Assembly: GCA_021442665.1 (NCBI GenBank)
Contig: JABUSQ010000026.1
Location: forward strand, 1-53,176
Reading direction: 5' to 3'
Length of the DNA stretch: 53,176 bases
Origin: Oscillospiraceae bacterium
GTDB lineage: Bacteria; Bacillota; Clostridia; Oscillospirales; Oscillospiraceae
Every line of letters begins with the position of its first letter. Within the stretch, counting starts at the first letter, position 1. A program made the position numbers and the translations under genes. Below the pieces are notes generated by a model that was not told the DNA's origin, made no database searches, and saw only the letters and a program-made list of their open reading frames with translations. Shown in pieces: positions 1-8,379 of the stretch.

Positions 1-28
1 AAATAATAATATAAGAAAGGAATTCATA

Positions 29-2212
29 ATGAAGAAAAGAGTTTTTTGCGTCCTGCTGAGCCTTGTGATGCTTCTGTCCGTGGTGATGCCCGCAGCCCTC
101 GCTAATGCGGGTGATACCTACGACCCGAACAGAACTTACTACGGCGGCGATGTGGTGATCTACAACGGCGTGGAATACACCGCAAAGTGGTACACCAAGG
201 GAGAGACGCCCGGTGAGGGCTTCTCCGCATGGGAGCGCAGTCCCGAATATGACGGAGACGGTTATGAAGTATGGTACGACGGTCTGGTTTGCGTGAAGGG
301 CGACAGAGTGTCCTATAACGGCGCCGTGTACGAGGCAAGCTGGTGGACGATGTCCGTGCCCGGCTCCGATGCCGGCTGGATTCTGGTCACAGGCGATCCC
401 GTGGATCCGACCCCCACCCCGGAGCCTACTCCCGAGCCTACTCCCCGGCCCACCGATCCCGTGGAGCCCGAACCCACAGACCCCGTGACTCCGGAGCCCA
501 CAGATCCCGAGATACCTGCATGGTATGCAGGCATGTACTGCAACACCGGCGACAGAGTTTCCTACAACGGCTGCATCTATGAGGCAAAGTGGTGGACAAA
601 CTCCGTGCCCGGCTCCGACGCAAGCTGGCACAATGTCACCGATCCATCTCAGGACGTGGATCCCTCTGTTCCCTCCCACACGGTATACAGCGATTACACC
701 GTGGACTCCTCCCTCGTTGCCGAGGGAGCTGACGAGCATGTCGTGGTGGGCTATTTCCCCACCTACCGTGCCTCCTTTGAAAGCAGCATAGACTGGGCGG
801 CGCTGACTCATGTCATCTACTCCTTCGGTTCTCCCGACGGCGTTGACGGTCTGCAGCCCCTTGAAAGTCCTCAGCTTGCCCGCACTCTGGTCGCCCACGG
901 TCACGCAAACGGCGTTAAGGTACTCTTTGGCGTCGGCGGCTGGGCTGATAATTTCAGCGGCGTTCTGGAGAATGTGTTCTATCAGGGTACTGCCACCACC
1001 GCACAGATAGAGTCCCTCACTGATGAGATTGTGGACATTGTGGAAAGCTACGGCTTTGACGGCGTTGACGTGGACTGGGAGCATCCCCGCATCGGTACCG
1101 ACTCCTATCAGCGCTATGAGGCCTTTATGATAATGCTCCGCGAGAAGCTGGGCCAGGATATGATTCTAACCAGCGCGGTTCTCCCCGGAATCGACACGCT
1201 GGGCGGCATCTATGCCGACGGTGAGGCTCATACCCCCAATGTCATGGCGGTCTGCAACTGGTTCAACGTAATGGCATACGAGGCAAACAGCACCATGGCA
1301 TACAGTCAGGCGTGCATTGACTACTGGTGCGGCGTCCGTGAGATGCCCGGCAACAAGGTGGCGCTGGGTGCACCCTTCTACAGTCAGGGAGGCTATGCTC
1401 TGACCTACGCAGAGCTGCTGGCCCAGTATCCCGAGGCCGCAGTCAGCGACATGGAGGGCACGAATTTTTATCACAACTGCCCCCAGACCCTCTATGATAA
1501 GACCATGTGGGCACTTGAGTACGGTCTGGCAGGCATGATGGTTTGGGAGCTGGGTCAGGATATTGCAGATCCCGAGGACAGCCTTATCCGTGCTATCTAC
1601 AACGCAAAATGCGATTTTGAGGGCGTTGAGCCTACACCCTTTATCACTGTAGGCAACGATCCCATCCCCGGTGCAGACGAGCCCTATGTATGGAGCTCAG
1701 CCGCATACTACACCGAAGGCGACAAGGTAATCTATAACGGTGCCGTGTACATGGCAAACTGGTGGACACAGTCAGTCCCCGGCTCCGATGCGAGCTGGAC
1801 GCTCATCAGCGGCGAGCCCGTCGTTCCCGACCCCGTTGATCCCGATCCTGTGGATCCGGATCCGATTGAGCCCGACCCCGTTGATCCTCCCGATGTTCCC
1901 TCCGGCGAGATACCCGACTGGTACTCCGGACTTGTCTGCGTCAGCGGAGACATGGTGTATTATAACGGCGCGCTTTACAAGGCAAACTGGTGGACAAGCT
2001 CCGAGCCCGGTTCCGATGCAAGCTGGACGCTGCTGAGCGGGACTCCCGGCAACCCCTCGGGCGGAGATACTGAGCCAAACGCATGGGTCGAAGGCAGAGT
2101 GTACTGGGGCGGCGACGTCGTCAGCTACAACGGTGTGCTCTATGAAGCGAACTGGTGGACGACCGCCGTTCCCGGTTCCGATGCAAGCTGGAAGCTTGCC
2201 GTTGCGGCATGA
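29..2212 (+). CDS. Secreted glycoside hydrolase family 18 (chitinase-like) with six CBM5/12-type carbohydrate-binding repeats
   Basis: 727-aa ORF with an N-terminal signal peptide (MKKRVFCVLLSLVMLLSVVMPAALANA). GH18 catalytic signature FDGVDVDWEHP (DxxDxDxE) at nt 1058-1081. Six copies of YNGxxYxAxWWTxxxPGSDAxW, three on each side of the catalytic core. AAAGGA RBS upstream of the ATG. Confidence 0.85.
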   Translation: MKKRVFCVLLSLVMLLSVVMPAALANAGDTYDPNRTYYGGDVVIYNGVEYTAKWYTKGETPGEGFSAWERSPEYDGDGYEVWYDGLVCVKGDRVSYNGAVYEASWWTMSVPGSDAGWILVTGDPVDPTPTPEPTPEPTPRPTDPVEPEPTDPVTPEPTDPEIPAWYAGMYCNTGDRVSYNGCIYEAKWWTNSVPGSDASWHNVTDPSQDVDPSVPSHTVYSDYTVDSSLVAEGADEHVVVGYFPTYRASFESSIDWAALTHVIYSFGSPDGVDGLQPLESPQLARTLVAHGHANGVKVLFGVGGWADNFSGVLENVFYQGTATTAQIESLTDEIVDIVESYGFDGVDVDWEHPRIGTDSYQRYEAFMIMLREKLGQDMILTSAVLPGIDTLGGIYADGEAHTPNVMAVCNWFNVMAYEANSTMAYSQACIDYWCGVREMPGNKVALGAPFYSQGGYALTYAELLAQYPEAAVSDMEGTNFYHNCPQTLYDKTMWALEYGLAGMMVWELGQDIADPEDSLIRAIYNAKCDFEGVEPTPFITVGNDPIPGADEPYVWSSAAYYTEGDKVIYNGAVYMANWWTQSVPGSDASWTLISGEPVVPDPVDPDPVDPDPIEPDPVDPPDVPSGEIPDWYSGLVCVSGDMVYYNGALYKANWWTSSEPGSDASWTLLSGTPGNPSGGDTEPNAWVEGRVYWGGDVVSYNGVLYEANWWTTAVPGSDASWKLAVAA
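398..517 (+). repeat. Pro/Thr/Glu-rich interdomain linker encoded by short imperfect tandem repeats (coding, inside the GH18 gene)
   Basis: Translates to PVDPTPTPEPTPEPTPRPTDPVEPEPTDPVTPEPTDPEIP. The DNA contains the tandem 12-mer gagcctactccc repeated twice. Confidence 0.6.
1817..1900 (+). repeat. Pro/Asp/Val-rich interdomain linker encoded by short imperfect repeats (coding, inside the GH18 gene)
   Basis: Translates to PVVPDPVDPDPVDPDPIEPDPVDPPDVP. The unit gaccccgttgatcc occurs twice. Confidence 0.6.
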
Positions 2213-2258
2213 TTGGCGGCAGATATTCCGTATCGTACAATAACGAACAGTAAATAAA

Positions 2259-2304
2259 ACACCCCCGATGCAGACTGCCGTAGCTGCATCGGGGGTGTTG
2301 TTTT
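2259..2304. terminator. Bidirectional intrinsic terminator between convergent genes
   Basis: 15-bp perfect stem acacccccgatgcag / ctgcatcgggggtgt with a 10-nt loop, followed by tgtttt. It is A-rich on the 5' side, so it can also serve the minus strand. Confidence 0.6.
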
Positions 2305-2336
2305 GTGCAGATGAATGCGGAGCTTTGCCGTTCTGA

Positions 2337-3155
2337 TCAGAAGCGCCCGCCGTGACCGCCGTGGCTGCTGCCGCTGCTGCCGCTGTGGACACCGCCGCCG
2401 AAGGAACCGCTGTTGTTGTCTTTGGGCTTTTCTGTCCGTGTCACAGTGTGATACAGGAACACGTCCTGACTTTCGGTGACTCTGAGGCTGCCGTTGACGG
2501 TATAGTCGGCGGCACTCCTCTGAGGTCTGACGCTGCGCATCTTCTTTCTCATGGTCAGGGTAACGATCAGAGCAACGATAAGACCCAGACCGAGGCTCAT
2601 AAGAAACAAGGGGGCTATGAAGTAAAAGCCTGTGGATGAGCCGGGCTCATAGTCGCCGTCGTCGCCCCAATAATCGTCCTCGTCGGGGGTGTAGCTGCCG
2701 CTGTCATACTCTGAAAGCCTGTACTGACTGCTTTCGATGAACTGTCTGAAGGCGGTGTAATAATCGTCCTCACTCAACCAGTACAGCACATCGTCCATGA
2801 CCTCGTCTATGACCTCGTCGGAGAAAGCATAAATTCCCCGTCCTGCGGTGGAGACATACCACACACGTTCGTCAACATCTATGAGGAACAGCATACCGTC
2901 CTCGATATAGCCGCCGAAATCGTACATATCATCAGCATATGAGACGTAGTCGTCAATATTCTCACCGGTGACGGTCACCAGAACGATCTGGAATTCGTCC
3001 GAAAACAGCATGTCCTGCAGAAGACCCTCAAGCTCTGCGGACTCATCACTGCTGAGCTTACCGGCTCCGTCGATGACGCCGGCGCCTTCGGCAAGAGCGG
3101 AGAAGCTCAGTAGAAGCGCGCAAAGGAGGAAAAATACAATAAAGCGTTTCTTCAT
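2337..3155 (-). CDS. TPM-domain membrane protein with Gly/Ser/His-rich tail (YdjH-like)
   Basis: I placed the start at the internal ATG at 3155 (MKKRFIVFFLLCALLLSFSALA signal), which has a GGAGG RBS at 3162-3166. TPM-like core (VIDGAGKLSSDESAELEGLL...FQIVLVTV), one TM segment (FYFIAPLFLMSLGLGLIVALIVTL) and the tail GGGVHSGSSGSSHGGHGGRF. Confidence 0.65.
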   Translation of the reverse strand: MKKRFIVFFLLCALLLSFSALAEGAGVIDGAGKLSSDESAELEGLLQDMLFSDEFQIVLVTVTGENIDDYVSYADDMYDFGGYIEDGMLFLIDVDERVWYVSTAGRGIYAFSDEVIDEVMDDVLYWLSEDDYYTAFRQFIESSQYRLSEYDSGSYTPDEDDYWGDDGDYEPGSSTGFYFIAPLFLMSLGLGLIVALIVTLTMRKKMRSVRPQRSAADYTVNGSLRVTESQDVFLYHTVTRTEKPKDNNSGSFGGGVHSGSSGSSHGGHGGRF

Positions 3156-3166
3156 AAGGAGCCTCC

Positions 3167-4249
3167 TCACATAAGCAAGAGCCAGCTGAGCAGATAACCG
3201 ACAACGGTGATACCCGCAGTCAGACCGCCGAACCAGCCCCAAAATCTGCCCTTGTCAATAGGTAGATCGCCGACAAATTTACCGGTCTGACCGTTCATGG
3301 CGAAGGTATATTTTTCGCCCTTCCAGGTGGTGTTGAGTATCCACACGGGGAAGAGGGCATATTTCGTCCTGCCGCCCGAAAACCGCACGCTGCTGTTCTC
3401 TGCGATGACGGTATCGTAGCGGGCGGAGACGGTGCCCCTGAAGGCGTATTCGGTGGAGGTCTTGATTCTCCCGTTCACCCGTTCTCTGTTTTCATCCGCT
3501 GTAACGTCGTATCGGTCGGCAAGATAGCCCGAAAGATAGGCGGTCTGGAAATCCACTGCCTCGGAATAATCAAAGGGCTCAAGGGACTCCATAAGGGTAT
3601 CGTCCATCTTCGAGGAGCCGTCGGCGGGGACATTTTCAAAATCAAGAGAGCCACTTCGGATGATGCTGTAGTGGCGGGTCTCGGTGTAGTTGTAGTCTCT
3701 GTCACTCCAGTGACGGGTGTCGGTGGCACGGAAACGGATTCGTGCGTCGGTGTGGGTATCGTAGAGCCAGAAGGGAACATAAACACCCTTGATCTCGTCT
3801 ATGCGGTTTTCGCTTTTGAAAACCCTGGGCAGAAGCCTTTTGCCCTCAAAATGCTGCCTCAGGGCGGCCTTGGCGTCCTCCTTGTCCAGCTTGAAGGGGA
3901 TGACGGCATCGGGACGCAAATCGCCCATGAGCTGACCCTTAACGATAACGGGGTTGCCGCAGTAGGGGCAGGAGCTCGCCGCGGTGGTAGCTTCGGCGAT
4001 AATTTCACCGGCACAGCTCTCACATACAAAGATACGCAGGCCCTCGCTTTCGCCCTCTTTCCAGGGTTTGCCCTCCTCATCCCAGCCCATGCTGTCCGGG
4101 CGGTCGTTTTTAAGCTCCTCATCGTAGTGACGCAGGGCCTCGACCTCGAACTCGGAGTCGCAGTATGGACATTTCATCTTCTGCGAATCGCTGTCGAAGC
4201 TGATGGCACCGCCGCAGCAGGGACACTTATACTCAAGAATCACACTCAT
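3167..4249 (-). CDS. Zinc-ribbon protein with C-terminal membrane anchor (YdjG-like)
   Basis: 360 aa. N-terminal CPCCG...CPYC and a second CESC...CPYCG zinc ribbon. C-terminal TM segment (FWGWFGGLTAGITVVGYLLSWLLL). GAGGAA RBS. Tightly packed between the SPFH and TPM genes. Confidence 0.55.
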   Translation of the reverse strand: MSVILEYKCPCCGGAISFDSDSQKMKCPYCDSEFEVEALRHYDEELKNDRPDSMGWDEEGKPWKEGESEGLRIFVCESCAGEIIAEATTAASSCPYCGNPVIVKGQLMGDLRPDAVIPFKLDKEDAKAALRQHFEGKRLLPRVFKSENRIDEIKGVYVPFWLYDTHTDARIRFRATDTRHWSDRDYNYTETRHYSIIRSGSLDFENVPADGSSKMDDTLMESLEPFDYSEAVDFQTAYLSGYLADRYDVTADENRERVNGRIKTSTEYAFRGTVSARYDTVIAENSSVRFSGGRTKYALFPVWILNTTWKGEKYTFAMNGQTGKFVGDLPIDKGRFWGWFGGLTAGITVVGYLLSWLLLM

Positions 4250-4261
4250 TTGCCGTGTTCC

Positions 4262-5536
4262 TCACCAACGCTCACCGCAGTCAGGGCAGAACTTTGGAGT
4301 TTCGCCGCTCTTGGGGGTGTAGCCGCACTTGGGGCAGGAAGCCTTGACCTCGGGCCTCTTTGCGCCGCATTCGATGCAGAATTTGCCGTTGTTCACGGCA
4401 CCGCAGGCGCATACCCAACCGGTCTCGGGCTTCTTTGCACCGCACTCTGCACAGAATTTTCCTGTGTTCACAGCGCCGCAGGCACATTTCCAACCGTTGG
4501 CGGGAGCTGCGGGAGCCTCGGCTGCCTTCTGCGCGCCCATAGCGTAGAGGTTCTGAGGATTTGCTCCGCCGGCATTCATTGCCATGCCCATGCCCATGAA
4601 GCCGGTCATTGCCCCTGCCTCATTCTTTGCGGCGTCACGCATGGCGTCAGCCTGAGCCGCGGTTACGGCGGCAGCCGCCATGGTGGGATCACGCAGAACC
4701 GCACTCTTCTGGAGCTGCTTTATCATCTCCGCATCCTCTTCCGTGAGGGTTACAGAGTTCAGAGCGATGGACACAACAGCAAGACCTCTGAGCTCTGCCC
4801 ACTTGGCGGTGAGGGCGTTGTTCATGAGACCGCAGAGCTCTGTGGTATGGGCGGGTATCTGATTGGGACGCATCTGCAGCTCGGACAGACCTGCAAAGGC
4901 GGGCTGGAGAGCGTTTACGAATTCAGCCTTGAGTTGAGGCTCAATCTCGGAACGCTTGTAGACCTCGGCAACATTGCCGCAGACATTGGTGTAGAAGAGG
5001 ATAGGGTCGGCGATGCGGTAGGAATAGACACCGTTGCAGCGCAGAGAAGCGTCAACATCAAGACCGATTCCTCTGTCCACCACACGGAAGGGAACAGGCT
5101 CGGGAGTGCCGAACTTGTTGTCCAGTATCTCCTTGGTGTTGAAGTAGTACACACGCTGATCCTTGCCGGTGTCGCCGCCGAGGGTGAAACGCTTGCCTAT
5201 GGTCTTGAAGGTGTCCTTGATGGACTGACCCAGCTTGCCGGTGAAGATGCTGGGCTCGGTGGAGGTGTCGTAAGTGAACTGACCGGGCTCGGCGCAGACC
5301 TCGACTACCTTGCCCTGTTCCACGATGATCATGCACTGTCCGTCGGCCACGGCGATGCCGGAGCCGTTAGAGATGACGTTGTCGCTGCCCTTGGTGTTGG
5401 AGGAGCGGGAGCCTGTGCGCTTCTGACCCTTGACCATTAGAGTGTCCTTGTCAAGTGCGTCACAGTAGAAAAATTCCTTCCACTGATCGGCAAGAGTACC
5501 TGCAACGGCGCCTACGCCTGCTTTAATAAGTCCCAT
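4262..5536 (-). CDS. SPFH/Band-7-type (virion-core-protein-like, YdjI-like) protein with three C-terminal zinc ribbons
   Basis: 424 aa. The N-terminus MGLIKAGVGAVAGTLADQWKEFFYCDALDKDTLMVKGQKR...GQCMIIVEQGKVVE is characteristic of the Band_7_1 SPFH family. The C-terminal 76 aa hold three CxC/CxxC...CxxC ribbons. Confidence 0.7.
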   Translation of the reverse strand: MGLIKAGVGAVAGTLADQWKEFFYCDALDKDTLMVKGQKRTGSRSSNTKGSDNVISNGSGIAVADGQCMIIVEQGKVVEVCAEPGQFTYDTSTEPSIFTGKLGQSIKDTFKTIGKRFTLGGDTGKDQRVYYFNTKEILDNKFGTPEPVPFRVVDRGIGLDVDASLRCNGVYSYRIADPILFYTNVCGNVAEVYKRSEIEPQLKAEFVNALQPAFAGLSELQMRPNQIPAHTTELCGLMNNALTAKWAELRGLAVVSIALNSVTLTEEDAEMIKQLQKSAVLRDPTMAAAAVTAAQADAMRDAAKNEAGAMTGFMGMGMAMNAGGANPQNLYAMGAQKAAEAPAAPANGWKCACGAVNTGKFCAECGAKKPETGWVCACGAVNNGKFCIECGAKRPEVKASCPKCGYTPKSGETPKFCPDCGERW

Positions 5537-5565
5537 ATTCGTTTATCCTTTCTGATTTGTGTTTT

Positions 5566-6453
5566 TCAGCATATTATTTCCACCGCCTTGGGGCAGATTT
5601 CAAAATCCAGCTCTGTCATGGGGCTGCTCATCTCTCCGTCCAGCGACAGTATCTGAGGCTCGGCGAAGGTGAATTTTGCCCGGGCGGTTTTAACTATGGT
5701 GAGGTATTCGCTGTCGTAGTGATGGGTCAGTACCCTGGCTGCAAGACCTGCAAGAGACGTGAGGCCCGGTGTCTGACGGATAAGAGCCAGCTCGAACAAT
5801 CCGTCGTCCAGCTCCACGGTGTTGGGGGGCATATCCACAACACCGCCGAGAGAGAAGGAATTGTTCACTCCGCCGTGGATAAACTCACCCTCCATGACTC
5901 CTCCGTCGTATTCTACCCTCGCCCATATGGGCTTGAGCTTCAGCAGAGCCTTACCAGCCGCTGTGAGATAGGCAGCCTGACCGAACTGATTTTTGAGATT
6001 CTGAGGCGTGCCGTAGCTCACATCCGCAAGAGAACCGAAGGCGGCGACGTAATTAAAATATCCGCCCTGATAGTGACCCGTATCAAAGGCAAAGGACTTA
6101 CCGGTGATGAATCGCCTTGTGCCCTCGACTATGTCTCCCTTCACGAACCCAAAGGTTCGGGCAATGTCGTTTGCGGTGCCGATGGGAATGTAGCCTATCT
6201 GCGGCCTTGACTCCAACCGCATAAGTCCCGCCACAGCCTCACCCAGAGTTCCGTCTCCACCCAGCACCAGTACACGCTCGAAATCCGAAGCATGCTCTGC
6301 GGCAAGCTCGGCGGCATGCCCCCTGCGTTCGGTAAAAAATATGCTCGTCGTGTAGCCTGCATCGGAGAGCAGCTTCAGCGCCTCGGCGAGGCCTTCACGG
6401 AACTTGCACTTGCCTGCTGCGGGATTGATTATCATCATAAGCGGCTTGGACAT
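5566..6453 (-). CDS. Diacylglycerol-kinase-family lipid kinase (DagK/YegS type)
   Basis: 295 aa. MMIINPAAGK start and the GGDGT motif (LVLGGDGTLGEAV). GAGGGA RBS. Confidence 0.85.
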   Translation of the reverse strand: MSKPLMMIINPAAGKCKFREGLAEALKLLSDAGYTTSIFFTERRGHAAELAAEHASDFERVLVLGGDGTLGEAVAGLMRLESRPQIGYIPIGTANDIARTFGFVKGDIVEGTRRFITGKSFAFDTGHYQGGYFNYVAAFGSLADVSYGTPQNLKNQFGQAAYLTAAGKALLKLKPIWARVEYDGGVMEGEFIHGGVNNSFSLGGVVDMPPNTVELDDGLFELALIRQTPGLTSLAGLAARVLTHHYDSEYLTIVKTARAKFTFAEPQILSLDGEMSSPMTELDFEICPKAVEIIC

Positions 6454-6607
6454 GGCATTCCCTCGTTTTCATAAATATTCATACGATTTTACTTATTATA
6501 TCAAAAAACTTTAATATATACAATCATTTTTAAACCCTTTGCCGTGCTTGCAAGGGCAAAAGTTTTGTGATAAAATTCTTAAACACAGAATGATTTAGGA
6601 GTGCCGT

Positions 6608-7195
6608 ATGGATAACAATTTCTTTGCGCTTATTTCCCGCATGAGGTACATTCAGCGCTGGAGTCTCATGCGCAATTCCATAGAAGAGAACATTCAGGAG
6701 CACAGCCATATGGTGGCGGTGCTGGCACATGCTCTGGGAGTAATCCGCCGTGATGTTTTCGGCGTTCCCTGCGAGCCGGAGCTCTGTGCGGCGGCGGCAC
6801 TGTATCACGACGCCTCGGAGATACTTACAGGAGATCTGCCTACGCCCATAAAGTACCACGACAGCTCCATCACGGAGGCATACCGCAGAGTGGAGGGTCT
6901 CGCCTGCGAAAAGCTTCTGGAGATGCTTCCTCCGGAAATGCGGGGAGCTTTCGAGCCTCTGCTCATCGGCGAGACAGCGGCAAAGTATCACGATATCGTC
7001 AAGGCAGCGGACAAGATGAGTGCCTACATAAAGTGCATTGAAGAGCGCAAGGCAGGCAACAATGAGTTTGCCTCCGCCGAAAAGCAGACGCTTGCCGCTC
7101 TGAAGGCATATGATATGCGGGAGGTCGGGTACTTCCTCGAGAAATTCATACCCGCCTTTGAAAAAACTCTGGACGAATTAGGGAGCATTGAGTGA
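6608..7195 (+). CDS. yfbR: HD-domain 5'-deoxynucleotidase (YfbR family)
   Basis: 195 aa. RYIQRWSLMRN, QEHSHMVAVLAH and the HD motif ALYHDASEILTGDLPTPIK. AGGAG RBS 6 nt upstream. Confidence 0.75.
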   Translation: MDNNFFALISRMRYIQRWSLMRNSIEENIQEHSHMVAVLAHALGVIRRDVFGVPCEPELCAAAALYHDASEILTGDLPTPIKYHDSSITEAYRRVEGLACEKLLEMLPPEMRGAFEPLLIGETAAKYHDIVKAADKMSAYIKCIEERKAGNNEFASAEKQTLAALKAYDMREVGYFLEKFIPAFEKTLDELGSIE

Positions 7196-7398
7196 TGGAA
7201 AACAGCAAACTGGAGCGCATAAACGAGCTGGCGCATATTGCCAAAGGGCGGGAGCTCACCGCAGAGGAGCTTGCGGAGAGAGATGTTCTGCGAAAGGAAT
7301 ATATAGCAGAGTGGCGAGAGGGAGCAATGCGTATACTGGACAACACCTATATTCAGACTCCCGACGGGAAAAAGCATAAGCTTCAGAGGAAGAAATGA
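7195..7398 (+). CDS. DUF896/UPF0291 small protein (YnzC-like)
   Basis: About 67 aa. MENSKLERINELAHIAKGRELTAEELAERDVLRKEYI is typical of DUF896. The start overlaps the yfbR stop (TGATG). A GTG at 7192 is an alternative start. Confidence 0.7.
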   Translation: MENSKLERINELAHIAKGRELTAEELAERDVLRKEYIAEWREGAMRILDNTYIQTPDGKKHKLQRKK

Positions 7399-8333
7399 GC
7401 GATTTTCAGGTTTGTCTGCAGGCGGTCACGCCGATTTTTCTGATAATAGCTCTGGGCTTTCTTGCCCGAAGCTTAGGAGCGATAAGGAGGGATGACGTAC
7501 CGAGGCTCAACAAGCTCATGTTTCGGTACTTCATGCCCATAATGCTCTTCGGGTCCATTTACAGCTCGGACATCTCCTCTGCCGTACGCCCGCGAACGCT
7601 TATCTTTGCCGTTGTCAGCGTGCTCTGCGTCTTTTTCCTGAGCCTTGTCTACGTCCTGCTGACGGAGAAGGAGCCCGCAAAAAGGGGCGTAAAGATACAG
7701 GGAATCTACCGCTCTAACTTCGTCATAATCGGCATACCCTTGGCACAGCAGCTGGTGGAGGGGGCAGATATCGGCCCTGTTGTCCTGCTCATCGCCGTGG
7801 TAGTGCCACTGTTCAATGTCCTTGCGGTGATATGTCTGGAGGTCTTTAACGGAAAAAAACCCTCGATTAAGAAACTGCTGCTTGATATTCTGAAAAATCC
7901 CCTGATACTCAGCTCTGCGGCGGGAATTCTCTTTCTGCTGCTGGGCATCCGCCTTCCCAGACCCGTGGAGAGCACCATCAGTCAGATAGGAGCCGCCGCA
8001 AATCCGATGCTGCTGTTTCTGCTGGGTGCGTTTTTTGAGTTTGACGGTCTGCGGAAATATGCGAAGGACCTGATAGAAATCTGCCTTGGCAGACTGGTCA
8101 TCGTTCCCGGCATATGCCTGACGGCGGCGATGCTGCTGGGCTTCCGGGGTGTGGAGTTTGCGGGAATGATTGCAATTTTCGGATCTGCCACCGCAATCTC
8201 CTCCTTCACCATGGCGCAGCAAATGGGCGGCGATGCAGAGCTTGCGGGCGATATCGTTGTCGCCACCAGTGCCCTGTGCTCCTTCACCATGTTCGGCTGG
8301 TCGCTGCTGTTCAAAGCCCTCGGCATGTTTTAA
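7395..8333 (+). CDS. AEC (auxin efflux carrier) family membrane transporter
   Basis: 312 aa, polytopic. N-terminus ...TPIFLIIALGFLARSLGAIRRDDVPRLNKLMFRYFMPIMLF is typical of the AEC family. ATGA overlap with the upstream gene. Confidence 0.8.
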   Translation: MSDFQVCLQAVTPIFLIIALGFLARSLGAIRRDDVPRLNKLMFRYFMPIMLFGSIYSSDISSAVRPRTLIFAVVSVLCVFFLSLVYVLLTEKEPAKRGVKIQGIYRSNFVIIGIPLAQQLVEGADIGPVVLLIAVVVPLFNVLAVICLEVFNGKKPSIKKLLLDILKNPLILSSAAGILFLLLGIRLPRPVESTISQIGAAANPMLLFLLGAFFEFDGLRKYAKDLIEICLGRLVIVPGICLTAAMLLGFRGVEFAGMIAIFGSATAISSFTMAQQMGGDAELAGDIVVATSALCSFTMFGWSLLFKALGMF

Positions 8334-8340
8334 GAATATA

Positions 8341-8379
8341 AAGGACTTCAGGCTCTGCACTGCCTGAAGTCCTTTTTTA
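8341..8379. terminator. Bidirectional intrinsic terminator
   Basis: 12-bp stem aaggacttcagg / cctgaagtcctt with a 10-nt loop, followed by ttttat. It lies between convergent genes. Confidence 0.6.

Noticed and set aside
398-517. Short tandem DNA repeats that might be mistaken for a VNTR or CRISPR-like array (also at 1817-1900).
   Set aside because: They lie in frame inside the GH18 gene and encode Pro-rich linkers. There is no repeat-spacer periodicity.
3671-5440. 589-aa plus-strand ORF opposite the SPFH and zinc-ribbon genes.
   Set aside because: It is antisense to two genes with clear motifs. The translation is Gly/Val/Ala/Leu-rich low-complexity sequence typical of shadow frames in G+C-rich DNA. 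It has no RBS.
6454-6607. Imperfect hairpin CCCTTTGCC...GGGCAAAAG in the divergent dagK/yfbR spacer.
   Set aside because: The pairing is imperfect and it is located between two divergent promoters. There is no clear function and no U-tract.
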